From Prevotellaceae bacterium UBA5903 (GTDB lineage Bacteria > Bacteroidota > Bacteroidia > Bacteroidales > Bacteroidaceae): a stretch of DNA of 50,116 nucleotides. The notes below the pieces were generated by a model. The model had not been told where the DNA came from. It worked only from the letters and a program-made list of their open reading frames with translations, and searched no databases. The stretch is from assembly GCA_002431845.1 (NCBI GenBank), contig DJEH01000037.1, forward strand, positions 1 through 50,116. Direction: 5' to 3'. The position numbers and the translations under genes were made by a program. Numbering within the stretch: the stretch's first letter is position 1; each line of letters starts with the position of its first letter. Below, in pieces: positions 1 through 10,303 of this stretch.

Positions 1-100
1 GCTTCATCAGTCACGTAGCCCGCTACGCTCCCTCTTCAGCCTATGCTTCTGACAAAAACAAGGCACAAATTCATATCAATTAATTTTGAACACCTACTTA
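1..100. mobile_element. MITE-like palindromic element, long form, right end (truncated by window start)
   Basis: 51-100 is the reverse complement of 6842-6891 with 2 mismatches and ends CACCTACTTA. Internal CGTAGC-cc-GCTACG palindrome at 14-27. TTCAGCCTATGCTTC is shared with the 6842 copy. Confidence 0.75.
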
Positions 101-155
101 ACCTTCTTTTATTTTACATTAAAATAACATATTCTATATTGAAAATACATACAAC

Positions 156-1148
156 ATGAAACAGAAAGCTAATTTTCTACCCGCCATATTTATCCTTGCC
201 GGTATTACCATATTGGTAATCATAGGTAGCTTGTACGCATTCAACAACGACTCTGACACCATACAAGGTCAAGCCGATGTTACGGAATACAGAGTGTCGA
301 GCAAAGTGCCTGGGCGCGTGCTCAAATATCTGGTAAAAGAGGGCGACTATGTGCATGCTGGCGACACGTTGGCTATACTTGAGGCTCCTGACGTATCTGC
401 CAAATTATCGCAAGCTCAAGCTGCTGAAGACGCTGCAGCCGCACAGAGTAAAAAAGCAGAAAAGGGTGCCCGACAAGAGCAAATTACCGCTGCCTACGAA
501 ATGTGGCAAAAGGCTAAAGCAGGCGTTGACATTGCCGAAAAGTCATACAACCGTGTGAAGCGACTATTTGAACAAGGGGTTATGACTGCGCAAAAGTTGG
601 ACGAAGTAACAGCACAACGAAATGCCGCTATCGCTACAGAAAAAGCCGCCAAATCGCAATACGACATGGCTAAAAACGGGGCTGAAGTTGAAGACAAAGA
701 GGCTGCCGCTGCACTGGTTAATCGTGCTAAGGGTGCTGTAAAAGAAGTAAACTCTTACATCAAAGAGACAGTGTTGATAGCCTCAGCAGATGGCGAAGTT
801 ACCGACATCTTTCCGCAAATTGGCGAACTTGTAGGCACAGGTGCCCCTATCATGAACGTGGCTATTATGAACGATATGTGGGTTACGTTTAACATTCGCG
901 AGGACCATTTATCTTCGTTCAAAATGAACAATACCTTTAAAGCCACCATTCCTGCACTTGGCAATAAAGAAGTAACACTCAAGGTTTACTACATGAAAGA
1001 CCTTGGCTCTTATGCAGCATGGAAAGCTACTAAGACTACAGGGCAATTTGACATGAAGACCTTTGAAATTAAAGCTTCGCCTGTTCAAAAGATAGATGGT
1101 TTACGACCTGGCATGAGCGTGCTATTTGCTCCTGCCCAAACCAAATAG
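156..1148 (+). CDS. HlyD/YbhG-like periplasmic adaptor (membrane fusion protein)
   Basis: N-terminal TM anchor, lipoyl half-motifs (VSSKVPGRV..VKEGDYVHAGD; ASADGEV...GELVGTG), Ala/Gln-rich coiled hairpin, C-terminal LRPGMSV. Confidence 0.9.
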   Translation: MKQKANFLPAIFILAGITILVIIGSLYAFNNDSDTIQGQADVTEYRVSSKVPGRVLKYLVKEGDYVHAGDTLAILEAPDVSAKLSQAQAAEDAAAAQSKKAEKGARQEQITAAYEMWQKAKAGVDIAEKSYNRVKRLFEQGVMTAQKLDEVTAQRNAAIATEKAAKSQYDMAKNGAEVEDKEAAAALVNRAKGAVKEVNSYIKETVLIASADGEVTDIFPQIGELVGTGAPIMNVAIMNDMWVTFNIREDHLSSFKMNNTFKATIPALGNKEVTLKVYYMKDLGSYAAWKATKTTGQFDMKTFEIKASPVQKIDGLRPGMSVLFAPAQTK

Positions 1149-1151
1149 CTT

Positions 1152-2330
1152 ATGCAAGATATTAAACAATCAAGCAAAAGTTGCAACATATTTACACGTG
1201 AGCTGCGACGCATTTGCACGCAACCCATCTACTTGTTTTGCATGGTATTGGCTCCACTCTTTTGCTACTTTTTCTTTACCTCATTAATGAAGGAGGGGTT
1301 GCCAGAGAGTTTACCAATGGGACTTGTAGACGAAGACCATACGACGACCACACGCAACTTGGCACGCAACCTCGATGCATTTCAGATGAGCGACATTACG
1401 CACGAATATGCAAACGTAACAGATGCACGCAAGGCTGTTCAGAAAGGAGACATCTATGGCTTTTATCTCATTCCGCATGGAACAACCCAACAAGCACAGT
1501 TGCAACGCATTCCAACGATTTCGTTCTATACTAATAACTCTTATCTCGTGGCAGGTTCTTTGCTTTATCGAGATATGCGCACCATGTCGGAATTGGCATC
1601 GGGAGCTGCCACACGCTCTGTGCTCTATGCTAAAGGCGCAACCGAAAGGCAAGCCATGGCCTACCTGCAACCCATTGTGATTGATATGCATGCCACAAAC
1701 AATCCTTGGCTCAACTATAATGTGTATCTATCAAACATCATCATCCCTGGCATGTTGGGCATATTTATTTTTATGACCACTGTTTATAGCCTTGGGTCAG
1801 AACTTAAGTTTGGCACATCAGACGAACTTATGACTTCGGCCGATGATAGCATTATTGTTGCACTAACAAGCAAACTGTTGCCTCAAGGCATTATATTTTT
1901 GCTTATGGGCACACTCTACATATTGCTACTCTATGGCTACTTACACTTTCCGTGCAACTGTGGCATTATGCGCATGTGGTGTGTGATGGCGCTATTTGTG
2001 TTAGGGTGCCAAGGTATGGGCGTATTTATGTTTACCATGTTGCCAACCCTACGTATGGGCCTCTCATTTGCTTCGCTTTGGGGCGTAATATCCTTTAGTA
2101 TATCGGGCATGTCGTTCCCTGTTATGGCCATGCACCCTACACTGCAAGGTTTGTCATACTTATTCCCTTTGCGACATTATTATTTACTCTACGTAAACTG
2201 CGCACTCGACGGATACAACATAGCAAATGCTTGGCCCTTTGCCTTGTCGTTGCTGGTGTTCCTGCTTTTGCCATTACCCTTCTTGCCACGCTTGAAAAAG
2301 GTAATGAAATACTACGAATACGAACCATAA
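1152..2330 (+). CDS. ABC-2 type transporter permease (YbhS/YbhR-like)
   Basis: N-terminal TM, extracytoplasmic loop with VDED, NPWLNY motif, multiple C-terminal TMs; directly follows the HlyD gene. Confidence 0.85.
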   Translation: MQDIKQSSKSCNIFTRELRRICTQPIYLFCMVLAPLFCYFFFTSLMKEGLPESLPMGLVDEDHTTTTRNLARNLDAFQMSDITHEYANVTDARKAVQKGDIYGFYLIPHGTTQQAQLQRIPTISFYTNNSYLVAGSLLYRDMRTMSELASGAATRSVLYAKGATERQAMAYLQPIVIDMHATNNPWLNYNVYLSNIIIPGMLGIFIFMTTVYSLGSELKFGTSDELMTSADDSIIVALTSKLLPQGIIFLLMGTLYILLLYGYLHFPCNCGIMRMWCVMALFVLGCQGMGVFMFTMLPTLRMGLSFASLWGVISFSISGMSFPVMAMHPTLQGLSYLFPLRHYYLLYVNCALDGYNIANAWPFALSLLVFLLLPLPFLPRLKKVMKYYEYEP

Positions 2331-2339
2331 TAAACGCCT

Positions 2340-3572
2340 ATGTCATTCTTATCTATTTGTCGTCAATCACTATCAGACATCAACTACATATTCAGAGAAG
2401 AATTGCGCACCATCATTCGTGACAAAGGCGTAATTATCTTCTTCTTTCTTGTGCCTTTAGGCTATCCCCTACTCTACACTTTTATCTATACGAACGAGGT
2501 GGTAAGAGATGTACCTGTTGCGGTTGTAGACGACTGCCGAAGCACACAGAGCAGAGAGTACATACGCCACGTAGATGCAACACCTGACGTTAAAATAGTG
2601 TCGTATTGCGCCAATATGAGCGAGGCTAAAAACATGATAAAACACCGCGATGCCTATGGCGCAATACATATTCCGAACGACTTTACAAGCCGCCTCAACA
2701 AAGGCGAACAGGTGTATGTAGGTGCTTATGCCGACATGAGCGGAATGCTCTACTATAAGAGTGTGCTCACAGCCAACACCAACGTTAGTTTGGCTATGAA
2801 CGCTAACATCAAGATAAAAAGAGCGGGCGGAAGTACGGTACAACAAGACGAAGTGGCAGAACACCCCATAAAATATGAGGAAGTGTCACTATTCAATCCG
2901 CAAAATGGTTTCGCCACATTTCTCATTCCTGCTGTACTCATCCTCATCATCCAACAAACGCTTTTGTTGGGTATAGGCATGGCTGCTGGTACAGCAAGAG
3001 AGCATAATCAGTTTAGAGACCTTGTGGCAGTAAACAAGCACCATCGTGGTTTGCTACGCATTGTTATGGGCAAGGGGGCAGCCTATATGCTTGTGTACAT
3101 ACCGCTTTGCGTTTACGTTTTAGCCATTGTTCCACACCTATTCCACTTAAACCAAATCGGTAACCCGTGGCACATAGCTTGCTTCATATTGCCATTTCTC
3201 ATTGCATCAATCTTTTTTGCTATGACTGTGAGTGCTTTTGTGCGCCACCGCGAAATGTGTATTATGCTCATTGTGTTTACCTCTGTGCCCTTACTATTTA
3301 TCTCGGGAATATCGTGGCCTGGAAGTGCCGTTCCCGATGCATGGAAGGCTATCAGCTATGTTTTTCCTTCTACGTTTGGCATACATGGCTTTGTGGCTAT
3401 TAACAACATGGGAGCTACGCTGACCGATGTTGAACACGATTGGTACATGTTGTGGATACAAGCATTGGTATACATCATAACCACTTGCACCGTGTACAAA
3501 GCAAGCATAGCCAATTCACGGCAACACGTTATTGCTGCATGGAATGCACTAAAGAGCAAAAGTAAAAGATGA
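2340..3572 (+). CDS. ABC-2 type transporter permease (YbhR-like)
   Basis: Paralogous layout: VPVAVVDD, LFNPQNGFATFLIP, LFISGISWP. Confidence 0.85.
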   Translation: MSFLSICRQSLSDINYIFREELRTIIRDKGVIIFFFLVPLGYPLLYTFIYTNEVVRDVPVAVVDDCRSTQSREYIRHVDATPDVKIVSYCANMSEAKNMIKHRDAYGAIHIPNDFTSRLNKGEQVYVGAYADMSGMLYYKSVLTANTNVSLAMNANIKIKRAGGSTVQQDEVAEHPIKYEEVSLFNPQNGFATFLIPAVLILIIQQTLLLGIGMAAGTAREHNQFRDLVAVNKHHRGLLRIVMGKGAAYMLVYIPLCVYVLAIVPHLFHLNQIGNPWHIACFILPFLIASIFFAMTVSAFVRHREMCIMLIVFTSVPLLFISGISWPGSAVPDAWKAISYVFPSTFGIHGFVAINNMGATLTDVEHDWYMLWIQALVYIITTCTVYKASIANSRQHVIAAWNALKSKSKR

Positions 3573-3597
3573 CCGAAGACTTATAAACAGACCATTT

Positions 3598-3638
3598 TAA
3601 GTAGGTGCTTTAAATAATAATTATTGAGCACCTACTTA
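3598..3638. mobile_element. Minimal (41 bp) MITE-like element, probably acting as terminator of the ABC operon
   Basis: Perfect 12-bp inverted repeat TAAGTAGGTGCT...AGCACCTACTTA followed by a T-run, 25 bp after the stop at 3572. Confidence 0.7.
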
Positions 3639-3737
3639 TTTTTTTATTATCATTTTCATATATTGCAAATCAAAGTTTCTTCGTAATATTGCATATTGTT
3701 TAGCACAAGTTACCCTTTTAAAAACAAGAAACTACGC

Positions 3738-4664
3738 ATGAAAATATCCGTTATCATACCAGTATATCGTACAGAGAAAACGCTAATACGTTGCGTTAAT
3801 AGCGTGTTGGCACAAACCTTCACTTGTTGGGAAATGATATTGGTTGATGATGGTTCGGACGATGGTTCTCCGCAGATGTGCGACGATTTAGCGAATAAAG
3901 ACAAGCGCATTCGCGTTGTGCACCAATGCAACAAAGGACTGGGGGCTGCACGCAATACAGGCATAGCAAACGCAAATGGTGACTATTTGCTATTTGTAGA
4001 CTCTGATGACTATATAGCTCCTAATACTTTAGAAACTGCGCTTAACGAATTGCAGAAACATCCTCAATGTAGTTTTGCTGAATTTGGTGTATATAAATGG
4101 GTTGGTAACATTGAAAAAGAAACAACTCTTTTATTTAATAACCATTTAATCAACACTGCCGAGGAATACTGGTTTGCTGCTAAAGGATATGAACATTGCT
4201 ATGCATGGAACAAACTTTTTAGGAAAGAGGTGTTTGAACACATAAGGTTCAAAGAGAACAAAAAGTTTGAAGATGTATTTACCATGATAAACGTGCTTAA
4301 AGAATATGAGCAGTGTGTTACCATATCGCCAGCACTATATTACTACTGCTACAACAATGAAGGTATTACGGCAAATGCTCAAACTGAGCTATGCGACCTT
4401 TTGGAGGCTTTAGTAAAAGTGTTTGATTTTTATAAATGGCAAAAACCACAGCATACAAGCAAAACGGATTATAACATGTTTTGCGAACATGCGCTCAATA
4501 TTCAAATAGACGTTTATTCTTGGTGTGGTAAGAACAAGCTATTGCTGCATAAATTGCCATTAGCCCCAACTCCCAAAATGATTATGCAATATCTATTAGG
4601 AGTTTCGCTTTTTTGTAAAACTTATAACCTACTGCGAAAGCTATGCAAAAGCATCAACCATTAA
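3738..4664 (+). CDS. Glycosyltransferase family 2
   Basis: MKISVIIPVY, ILVDDGSDD, GLGAARNTG, FVDSDD. ATG at 3738 is preferred over the TTG at 3696. Confidence 0.9.
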   Translation: MKISVIIPVYRTEKTLIRCVNSVLAQTFTCWEMILVDDGSDDGSPQMCDDLANKDKRIRVVHQCNKGLGAARNTGIANANGDYLLFVDSDDYIAPNTLETALNELQKHPQCSFAEFGVYKWVGNIEKETTLLFNNHLINTAEEYWFAAKGYEHCYAWNKLFRKEVFEHIRFKENKKFEDVFTMINVLKEYEQCVTISPALYYYCYNNEGITANAQTELCDLLEALVKVFDFYKWQKPQHTSKTDYNMFCEHALNIQIDVYSWCGKNKLLLHKLPLAPTPKMIMQYLLGVSLFCKTYNLLRKLCKSINH

Positions 4665-5590
4665 TAAGTTTCGTCATACCCGTCTACAACATACCTGCAC
4701 CAATGCTGCATAAATGCATCAGTAGCATTTTTGAATTAAGTTCTGACATTGATAAGGAAGTAATTATTGTGGATGATGGTAGCGATTGCCCTATTGAAGC
4801 TGTATTGCAAACACCCCATAAGGATAGCATTGTTTGTCTTAGACAACCTAATAAAGGTGCTGCAGCTGCTCGCAATGCTGGACTTGATGCGGCACGAGGC
4901 ACGTACATACAATTTGTTGATGCTGACGACTATATTATACCTAACATATACATTCAGCTCCTACGTTTTGCCCTTAAAAACAATGCAGACTTGCTAAGTT
5001 TCAGAAGCATTTGTTCTAAAAAACACAGGGGAACACTTCGTGCAATTAAAGGGCCTATAACGGGGGCTTGCTACATGAAACAAAACTATGTTAGAGTAAT
5101 GCCGTGGGGCTATATCTTTAAACGAAAAATGAGCACCGAACTTTGCTTTACTAATGGTAGCTTCTACGAAGACGAAGAATACACACCACTGCTATACTTA
5201 AAGTGTAAACGCATTTACCACACACTTAGTACGGCTTATTTTTACAATCAAAGAATAGGATCGCTGACCCACTGCACCAACACAGATTACACCAAAAAGC
5301 GGTTTCCAGACTTTGAACGCATTATCTTGCACCTTTATCAATTACAAAAAAAAGCGCAAGGTGAAGACAAACTTGCACTGGAAAGGAGAGTGGCACAAAT
5401 TACAGAAGATTATGTATATAATATCATGCGATTTACGCACAACAAGCACATACTTGAACAAACTATTCTCCGACTAAAAGAGGCGGGCATTTGGCCTTTA
5501 CCCACTCATTTCTACAACATTAAATATACGCTTTTTCGTTGGATGACCTCAAATGCCACTATGCGCAACATACTGAGCTTTTGGTTGTAA
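4643..5590 (+). CDS. Glycosyltransferase family 2
   Basis: ISFVIPVYN, IIVDDGS, AARNAG, FVDADD, YEDE; overlaps the upstream GT by 22 nt. Confidence 0.9.
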   Translation: MQKHQPLISFVIPVYNIPAPMLHKCISSIFELSSDIDKEVIIVDDGSDCPIEAVLQTPHKDSIVCLRQPNKGAAAARNAGLDAARGTYIQFVDADDYIIPNIYIQLLRFALKNNADLLSFRSICSKKHRGTLRAIKGPITGACYMKQNYVRVMPWGYIFKRKMSTELCFTNGSFYEDEEYTPLLYLKCKRIYHTLSTAYFYNQRIGSLTHCTNTDYTKKRFPDFERIILHLYQLQKKAQGEDKLALERRVAQITEDYVYNIMRFTHNKHILEQTILRLKEAGIWPLPTHFYNIKYTLFRWMTSNATMRNILSFWL

Positions 5591-5660
5591 GTAGGTATTC
5601 TAAATTTAATCATATAATCATGTTCAGCATTAATAGATATGAATTTTGAACACCTACTTA
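5588..5660. mobile_element. 73-bp MITE-like element whose first 3 nt are the TAA stop of the GT2 gene
   Basis: TAAGTAGGTATTC...GAACACCTACTTA. Its reverse complement matches 41776-41848 end to end at 63/73 positions (hand count). Confidence 0.8.
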
Positions 5661-5679
5661 ACAAATAATTTATCTCTTC

Positions 5680-6804
5680 ATGAAAATACTTCTACTTGGC
5701 GAATATAGTAATGTGCATTGGACGCTTGCTCTTGGTCTTAGAAAACTTGGCCATAAAGTTACGGTTGTTTCAAATGGTGATTTTTGGAAGAACTACCCTC
5801 GAGACATTTCGCTTGTGCGTAAAGAACGCGCTTTTGACGGCATGCGCTATTATTTAAAACTTCTTTCGGTATTGCCGTTTTTGCGTGGATACGACATTGT
5901 GCAACTTATTAATCCGATGTTTCTTGAACTCAAAGCAGAACGAATTTTACCCATATATCACTATTTGAGAAAGCATAACAAACGTATGGTAATGGGAGCT
6001 TTCGGCATGGACTATTATTGGATAAAAACGTGTGACACCCCAAATAGTCCATTTAAATATAGCGACTTTAACATTGGTCCGCAACGCCGCCATAACGCTG
6101 ATGCTAACAAAGAAAGAAAAGATTGGATTGGTACAGCTAAAGAAAAACTTAACACTTACATAGCCAACGATTGTGATGCTATTGTAGCAGGACTTTATGA
6201 ATACTGGCGGTGCTACAATCCTTTGTTTCAGGATAAAACCACCTTTATCCCCTTTCCTATACAATTAGACCAATTTCCTGCACGCACAAATTTTTATCAA
6301 GAAGGAAATGCTATAAAGTTATTTATTGGTATAAGCAAAAAACGCAGTGCCTACAAAGGCACGGACATTATGCTAAAAGCAGCAAAAGCTGTTGAAGCCC
6401 AATATCCGCAACAATTAAAAGTATTAGTTGCCGAAGGCTTGCCTTTTGCCGAATATTGTAAACTCATGGAAGGTGCTGACATTATAGCCGATCAACTCTA
6501 TAGCTACACCCCTGCCATGAATGCATTGCAAGCCATGAGCCGCGGCATTGTGTGTATGGGGGGTGGTGAACCCGAAAACTACCAAATCATACACGAAAAG
6601 AAACTCAAGCCCATCATCAATGTGCAACCTACTTACGAGAGTGTATACAAAGAAATTGAAAAAATTGTTCTTCAACCTTCTCTGATAGAACTTCTACAAA
6701 GACAGAGCATTGAGTATGTAAATAAGCACCATGAATATGTGAAGGTGGCAAAACAATACGAAAGGCTTTATGATAGGATTTTGGAAACGCAAATCAACGT
6801 ATAA
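5680..6804 (+). CDS. GT-B fold glycosyltransferase (GT4-like)
   Basis: MKILLLGEYSNVH...LALGLRKLGHKVTV N-terminus; KGTD and ALQAMSRG near the C-terminal nucleotide-sugar motif. Confidence 0.75.
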   Translation: MKILLLGEYSNVHWTLALGLRKLGHKVTVVSNGDFWKNYPRDISLVRKERAFDGMRYYLKLLSVLPFLRGYDIVQLINPMFLELKAERILPIYHYLRKHNKRMVMGAFGMDYYWIKTCDTPNSPFKYSDFNIGPQRRHNADANKERKDWIGTAKEKLNTYIANDCDAIVAGLYEYWRCYNPLFQDKTTFIPFPIQLDQFPARTNFYQEGNAIKLFIGISKKRSAYKGTDIMLKAAKAVEAQYPQQLKVLVAEGLPFAEYCKLMEGADIIADQLYSYTPAMNALQAMSRGIVCMGGGEPENYQIIHEKKLKPIINVQPTYESVYKEIEKIVLQPSLIELLQRQSIEYVNKHHEYVKVAKQYERLYDRILETQINV

Positions 6805-6812
6805 AACATACA

Positions 6813-7001
6813 AAAGGTGAGATGAAGATATCTGTTATTGCTAAGTAGGTGTTCAAAATTAATTGATATGAATTTGTGCATTGTTTCTGTCTTCAGCCTA
6901 TGCTTCAGACAGAAACAATGTACTAAGGCATATTAATTAATGTAGGACATAATTACATAAATTAATTTTGAATACCTACTTAATATCATCATCTCACCTT
7001 T
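6813..7001. terminator. Terminator-like hairpin between convergent genes, loop interrupted by a MITE
   Basis: Arms AAAGGTGAGATGAAGATAT (6813-6831) and ATATCATCATCTCACCTTT (6983-7001) are inverted repeats with 1 mismatch. Confidence 0.55.
6842..6982. mobile_element. 141-bp MITE-like element
   Basis: TAAGTAGGTGTTCAAAATTAATT...AATTAATTTTGAATACCTACTTA terminal inverted repeats. Left part matches the 1-100 copy; right part matches the 73-bp copies. Confidence 0.8.
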
Positions 7002-7029
7002 ATCCTTTACTAAGTGTTTTAAGGGAGAA

Positions 7030-8754
7030 CTACTTCACCAAAGGTTCATCCTTTGCCTTTCCTGCGGCTGCCCAATCCTCTGGTATAAACTTCCATTGAT
7101 TAAGAGGTACTGGGGCTATTGTACCCATTTCGCGTATGCCGAGCATCAGATAATAGCGTAAATCTTTTTCTGTGGTCCACACTATGCGTTTGGGCAGTTC
7201 GGAGCTGGGGATATGAGCACCTTCTGTGAGCAATCCGCCACCACCATTGCCACGGTATGAATTAACTGCACAGCGATAAGTTGCTGTCAGTGAAAAGGGT
7301 TTACCATCAGCCATTTGCGTAATTGTAATTTTATGACCAGCAGGTTTAGATAAATCTACTGTATAACAAATGCCCGCTGCCGAATCAAAGTTATAGCTTG
7401 GATACTGCATGCGTTGCCATGCATCCTTAATATTCTCTGCATTAGGACGGAAAAGCATCAAATGGTCGTCTTTTGACTTCATCTGATTAGTCCAATGCGC
7501 ATAAGAATACTCCAAATAATCCTTTACTTCCTGCCCAGTAAGATTCATTACATAAAGCAGATTTTCATAGCGGTAAAGATTAAACATATCACGCACATGG
7601 ATAGGGCCTTCAGGAATAGAAGCATCGAGTGCTAACGGAGCTGCAAATGATATGTCAGCATTTGATATAGACAATTGCATAGAGTGGATAAAGTCTATAA
7701 AAGCAGACGAACCAAAGAAGGCAGGAGTAGTCTGCATATCATTCTCGTTGTAGCCAATAACCTCTGAAGTAAATGCTTTTACTGTGTCAGCTTGTGCTGC
7801 AAAATGTTTTAACAAATCTGCATCGGGGGCTAATGAGTCTATATCTACCACATCGCCTGTTACTTGCTTCTTCACCACTTTTTTACCATTAAGCGTGAGC
7901 ATCACATTGGCTTGAGCCACTGCTTCGGCTTGAGCAGCAGGATTAAGCACCCACACCGTATCGCCAGCAGCATTCACAACTTGGCGCAAAGCACGACGAT
8001 GGTCGTGGCCGCAAAATACGACGTCAAATCCAGGAACTTGTTGCGCTACAGCTACCGATGCATTCTCAGCCCCTTGAGGTGTGCCTTGGTCCTTACCTAC
8101 TCCAGAGTGGAAAAGACCCACTATCACATCAGCCTTTTGGCGCATTTCGGGCATATACTTGCGTGCCACTTGCACCATGTCGTCAAAACGGAGCCCACTC
8201 CATAAATTCTCTGGTAGCCACATGGGGATGCCAGGAGTTATCATGCCCAACACAGCTATTTTTATGCCTTGGCGCTCTATAATTGTATATGGTTTCCAAT
8301 AAGTTTTACCTGTTTTTGTTTCTATCACATTAGCACCAAGCATAGGAAAATTACACTGACTCACCCAACGGTCGTAAACAGCATGTCCTGTTTCTACGTC
8401 ATGGTTTCCCACAGTGGCTACATCATATTGCATATAGTTCATCATCTCTGCACAAAGGTGCTTTGACGATGTATCCATATAGTTGTAATAATAGGCAGTG
8501 GGCTGGCCTTGCAAAATATCTCCATTATCAAGAAGTACTACATGGTCGGTGCCATGAGTTTGTCGTAAATTTTTTACGTACGTATAGATACGTGCCAAAC
8601 TGCCCTTGCCTGGCTTACCATTAATAAAGTCGTAAGGGAGATAATTGCCATGAACATCACTGGTTTCAAGCAATGATATTTTTACACTACGTTGTTGTGC
8701 AAAAGTTATTATTGTCAAAGACAAAGCAAATAAAAAAAGTGTTATGCGTTTCAT
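7030..8754 (-). CDS. Bifunctional 2',3'-cyclic-nucleotide 2'-phosphodiesterase / 5'(3')-nucleotidase (CpdB/UshA family), secreted
   Basis: Signal peptide; metallophosphoesterase motifs TSDVHG, DNGDILQG, GNHD, FHSG, GHDH; C-terminal nucleotidase domain (YNFD, NSYRGNGGG). Confidence 0.88.
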   Translation of the reverse strand: MKRITLFLFALSLTIITFAQQRSVKISLLETSDVHGNYLPYDFINGKPGKGSLARIYTYVKNLRQTHGTDHVVLLDNGDILQGQPTAYYYNYMDTSSKHLCAEMMNYMQYDVATVGNHDVETGHAVYDRWVSQCNFPMLGANVIETKTGKTYWKPYTIIERQGIKIAVLGMITPGIPMWLPENLWSGLRFDDMVQVARKYMPEMRQKADVIVGLFHSGVGKDQGTPQGAENASVAVAQQVPGFDVVFCGHDHRRALRQVVNAAGDTVWVLNPAAQAEAVAQANVMLTLNGKKVVKKQVTGDVVDIDSLAPDADLLKHFAAQADTVKAFTSEVIGYNENDMQTTPAFFGSSAFIDFIHSMQLSISNADISFAAPLALDASIPEGPIHVRDMFNLYRYENLLYVMNLTGQEVKDYLEYSYAHWTNQMKSKDDHLMLFRPNAENIKDAWQRMQYPSYNFDSAAGICYTVDLSKPAGHKITITQMADGKPFSLTATYRCAVNSYRGNGGGGLLTEGAHIPSSELPKRIVWTTEKDLRYYLMLGIREMGTIAPVPLNQWKFIPEDWAAAGKAKDEPLVK

Positions 8755-9242
8755 TTTCTTACGTAATTTACAAAGTCATAAGCAAATTTATTTTTCTCAT
8801 CAGCATCGTGATGCTCGCGCCATACTTCAGTCCATTCACTTGGGTTGTATGCAGGAAAGAAAGTATCTGCCTCATCTGCCACCGCATCAATATGAGTTAA
8901 ACATAAACGCTGAGCAAGTGGTAAACAAGCCTCATATATGCTCTCGCCTCCAATGACAAAGACCTCCTCGTCTGCTTGGCATGCATGCAATGCTTCGTCT
9001 ATAGAGTGAAATACTTCTACGCCTGGAGCTGCATAATCTTTTTGTCGCGTAACCACCACATTACGACGATTGGGCAAAGCACCTTTGGGTAGCGACTCAA
9101 AAGTTTTTCGTCCCATCAAAATGGTGTGCCCCGTTGTGAGTTGTTTAAAATGTTTTAGATCTGCAGGCAGATAATAAAGCAATCCACCCTTGTTGCCAAT
9201 GGCATCATTCTGCGTAAGTGCACAGATAATAGAAAGTTTCAT
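8751..9242 (-). CDS. folA: Dihydrofolate reductase
   Basis: AIGNKGGL..LPADLKHFK, MGRKTFESLP..LPNRRNVV, VIGGESIY, DTFFP. Confidence 0.97.
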   Translation of the reverse strand: MKLSIICALTQNDAIGNKGGLLYYLPADLKHFKQLTTGHTILMGRKTFESLPKGALPNRRNVVVTRQKDYAAPGVEVFHSIDEALHACQADEEVFVIGGESIYEACLPLAQRLCLTHIDAVADEADTFFPAYNPSEWTEVWREHHDADEKNKFAYDFVNYVRK

Positions 9243-9308
9243 AAACTATGGTTATCTTTATTTTGGGCACAAAGTTAGTGGATTTTATCTGAAAAAACGT
9301 AAGGTTTA

Positions 9309-9340
9309 CTTGGCATGATAAATTGAAAACAGTAAATTTG
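9309..9340 (+). promoter_or_regulatory. Bacteroidetes sigma-A promoter for the etfBA-acd operon
   Basis: cTTG, 20-bp spacer, TAAATTTG (TAnnTTTG -7 box). A divergent TAACTTTG box for folA lies at 9270-9277 on the minus strand. Confidence 0.6.
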
Positions 9341-9409
9341 CCATATATTGCAATACATAAGCATAAAGGAAAGAAACCTTAAAAACAAATACATACTTAA
9401 TACAAAAAT

Positions 9410-10285
9410 ATGAGTTTGAAAATTGTAGTACTTGCCAAGCAAGTACCTGATACTCGCAATGTAGGAAAGGATGCTATGACTCCCGAAGGCACAGTTAATC
9501 GTGCTGCATTGCCAGCCATCTTCAATCCTGAAGACTTAAATGCCCTTGAACAAGCTCTTCGTTTGAAGGAGCAAAACCCTGGTTCAACCGTACATATTCT
9601 TACAATGGGTCCTCCCCGTGCCACAGAGGTTATACGCGAGGGACTATATCGTGGTGCAGATGGTGGCTATCTACTCACCGACCGTGCCTTTGCAGGTGCC
9701 GATACCTTAGCCACAAGCTATGCTTTGGCGCAAGCTATCAAAAAGATTGGCGTGCCTGACATCGTATTAGGTGGACGTCAAGCAATTGATGGCGACACAG
9801 CTCAAGTGGGTCCACAAGTGGCGCAAAAGCTTGACCTTAACCAAGTAACCTATGTAACGAGCGTAGACGAGGTTAAGGATGGTAAGGTGATTGTTACTCG
9901 CCACATTGATGGTGGTATGGAGCGTGTTGAAGCTCCTATGCCTATATTGCTAACAGTTAATGGCAACGCTGCGCCTTGTCGCCCACGCAATGCCAAGTTG
10001 GTAATGAAGTACAAACGTGCTTCTGCACCTATGGAACGCCCCACTGATGGTACGCTTCCTTACGCCGAAGAATACGACAAGAAACCTTATCTAACCATTG
10101 CACAATGGAGCGTGGCCGATGTTGATGGCGACTTGCAACAATGCGGCTTGGCTGGTTCGCCAACCAAGGTAAAAGCAGTGCAAAACATTGTTTTCAAAGC
10201 TAAAGAAAGCAAGCAACTCACTGGTTCGGATGCCGATGTTGAAGGTTTGGTAAAGGAGTTGCTAGAAAGTCATACCATTGGTTAA
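9410..10285 (+). CDS. etfB: Electron transfer flavoprotein beta subunit
   Basis: KQVPDT, NPEDLNALEQA, DRAFAGADTLATS, GRQAIDGDTAQVGP. Confidence 0.95.
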   Translation: MSLKIVVLAKQVPDTRNVGKDAMTPEGTVNRAALPAIFNPEDLNALEQALRLKEQNPGSTVHILTMGPPRATEVIREGLYRGADGGYLLTDRAFAGADTLATSYALAQAIKKIGVPDIVLGGRQAIDGDTAQVGPQVAQKLDLNQVTYVTSVDEVKDGKVIVTRHIDGGMERVEAPMPILLTVNGNAAPCRPRNAKLVMKYKRASAPMERPTDGTLPYAEEYDKKPYLTIAQWSVADVDGDLQQCGLAGSPTKVKAVQNIVFKAKESKQLTGSDADVEGLVKELLESHTIG

Positions 10286-10303
10286 ACCACAAACACACTT
10301 GTT

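Noticed and set aside
156..1148. HlyD as the missing adaptor for the PCAT
   Set aside because: It is 25 kb away, YbhG-like, and coupled to its own two permeases; nothing in the sequence links it to the PCAT.
6626..6635. ACCTACTTA match to the MITE end inside the GT gene
   Set aside because: Short isolated match in coding sequence with no partner repeat; likely chance.
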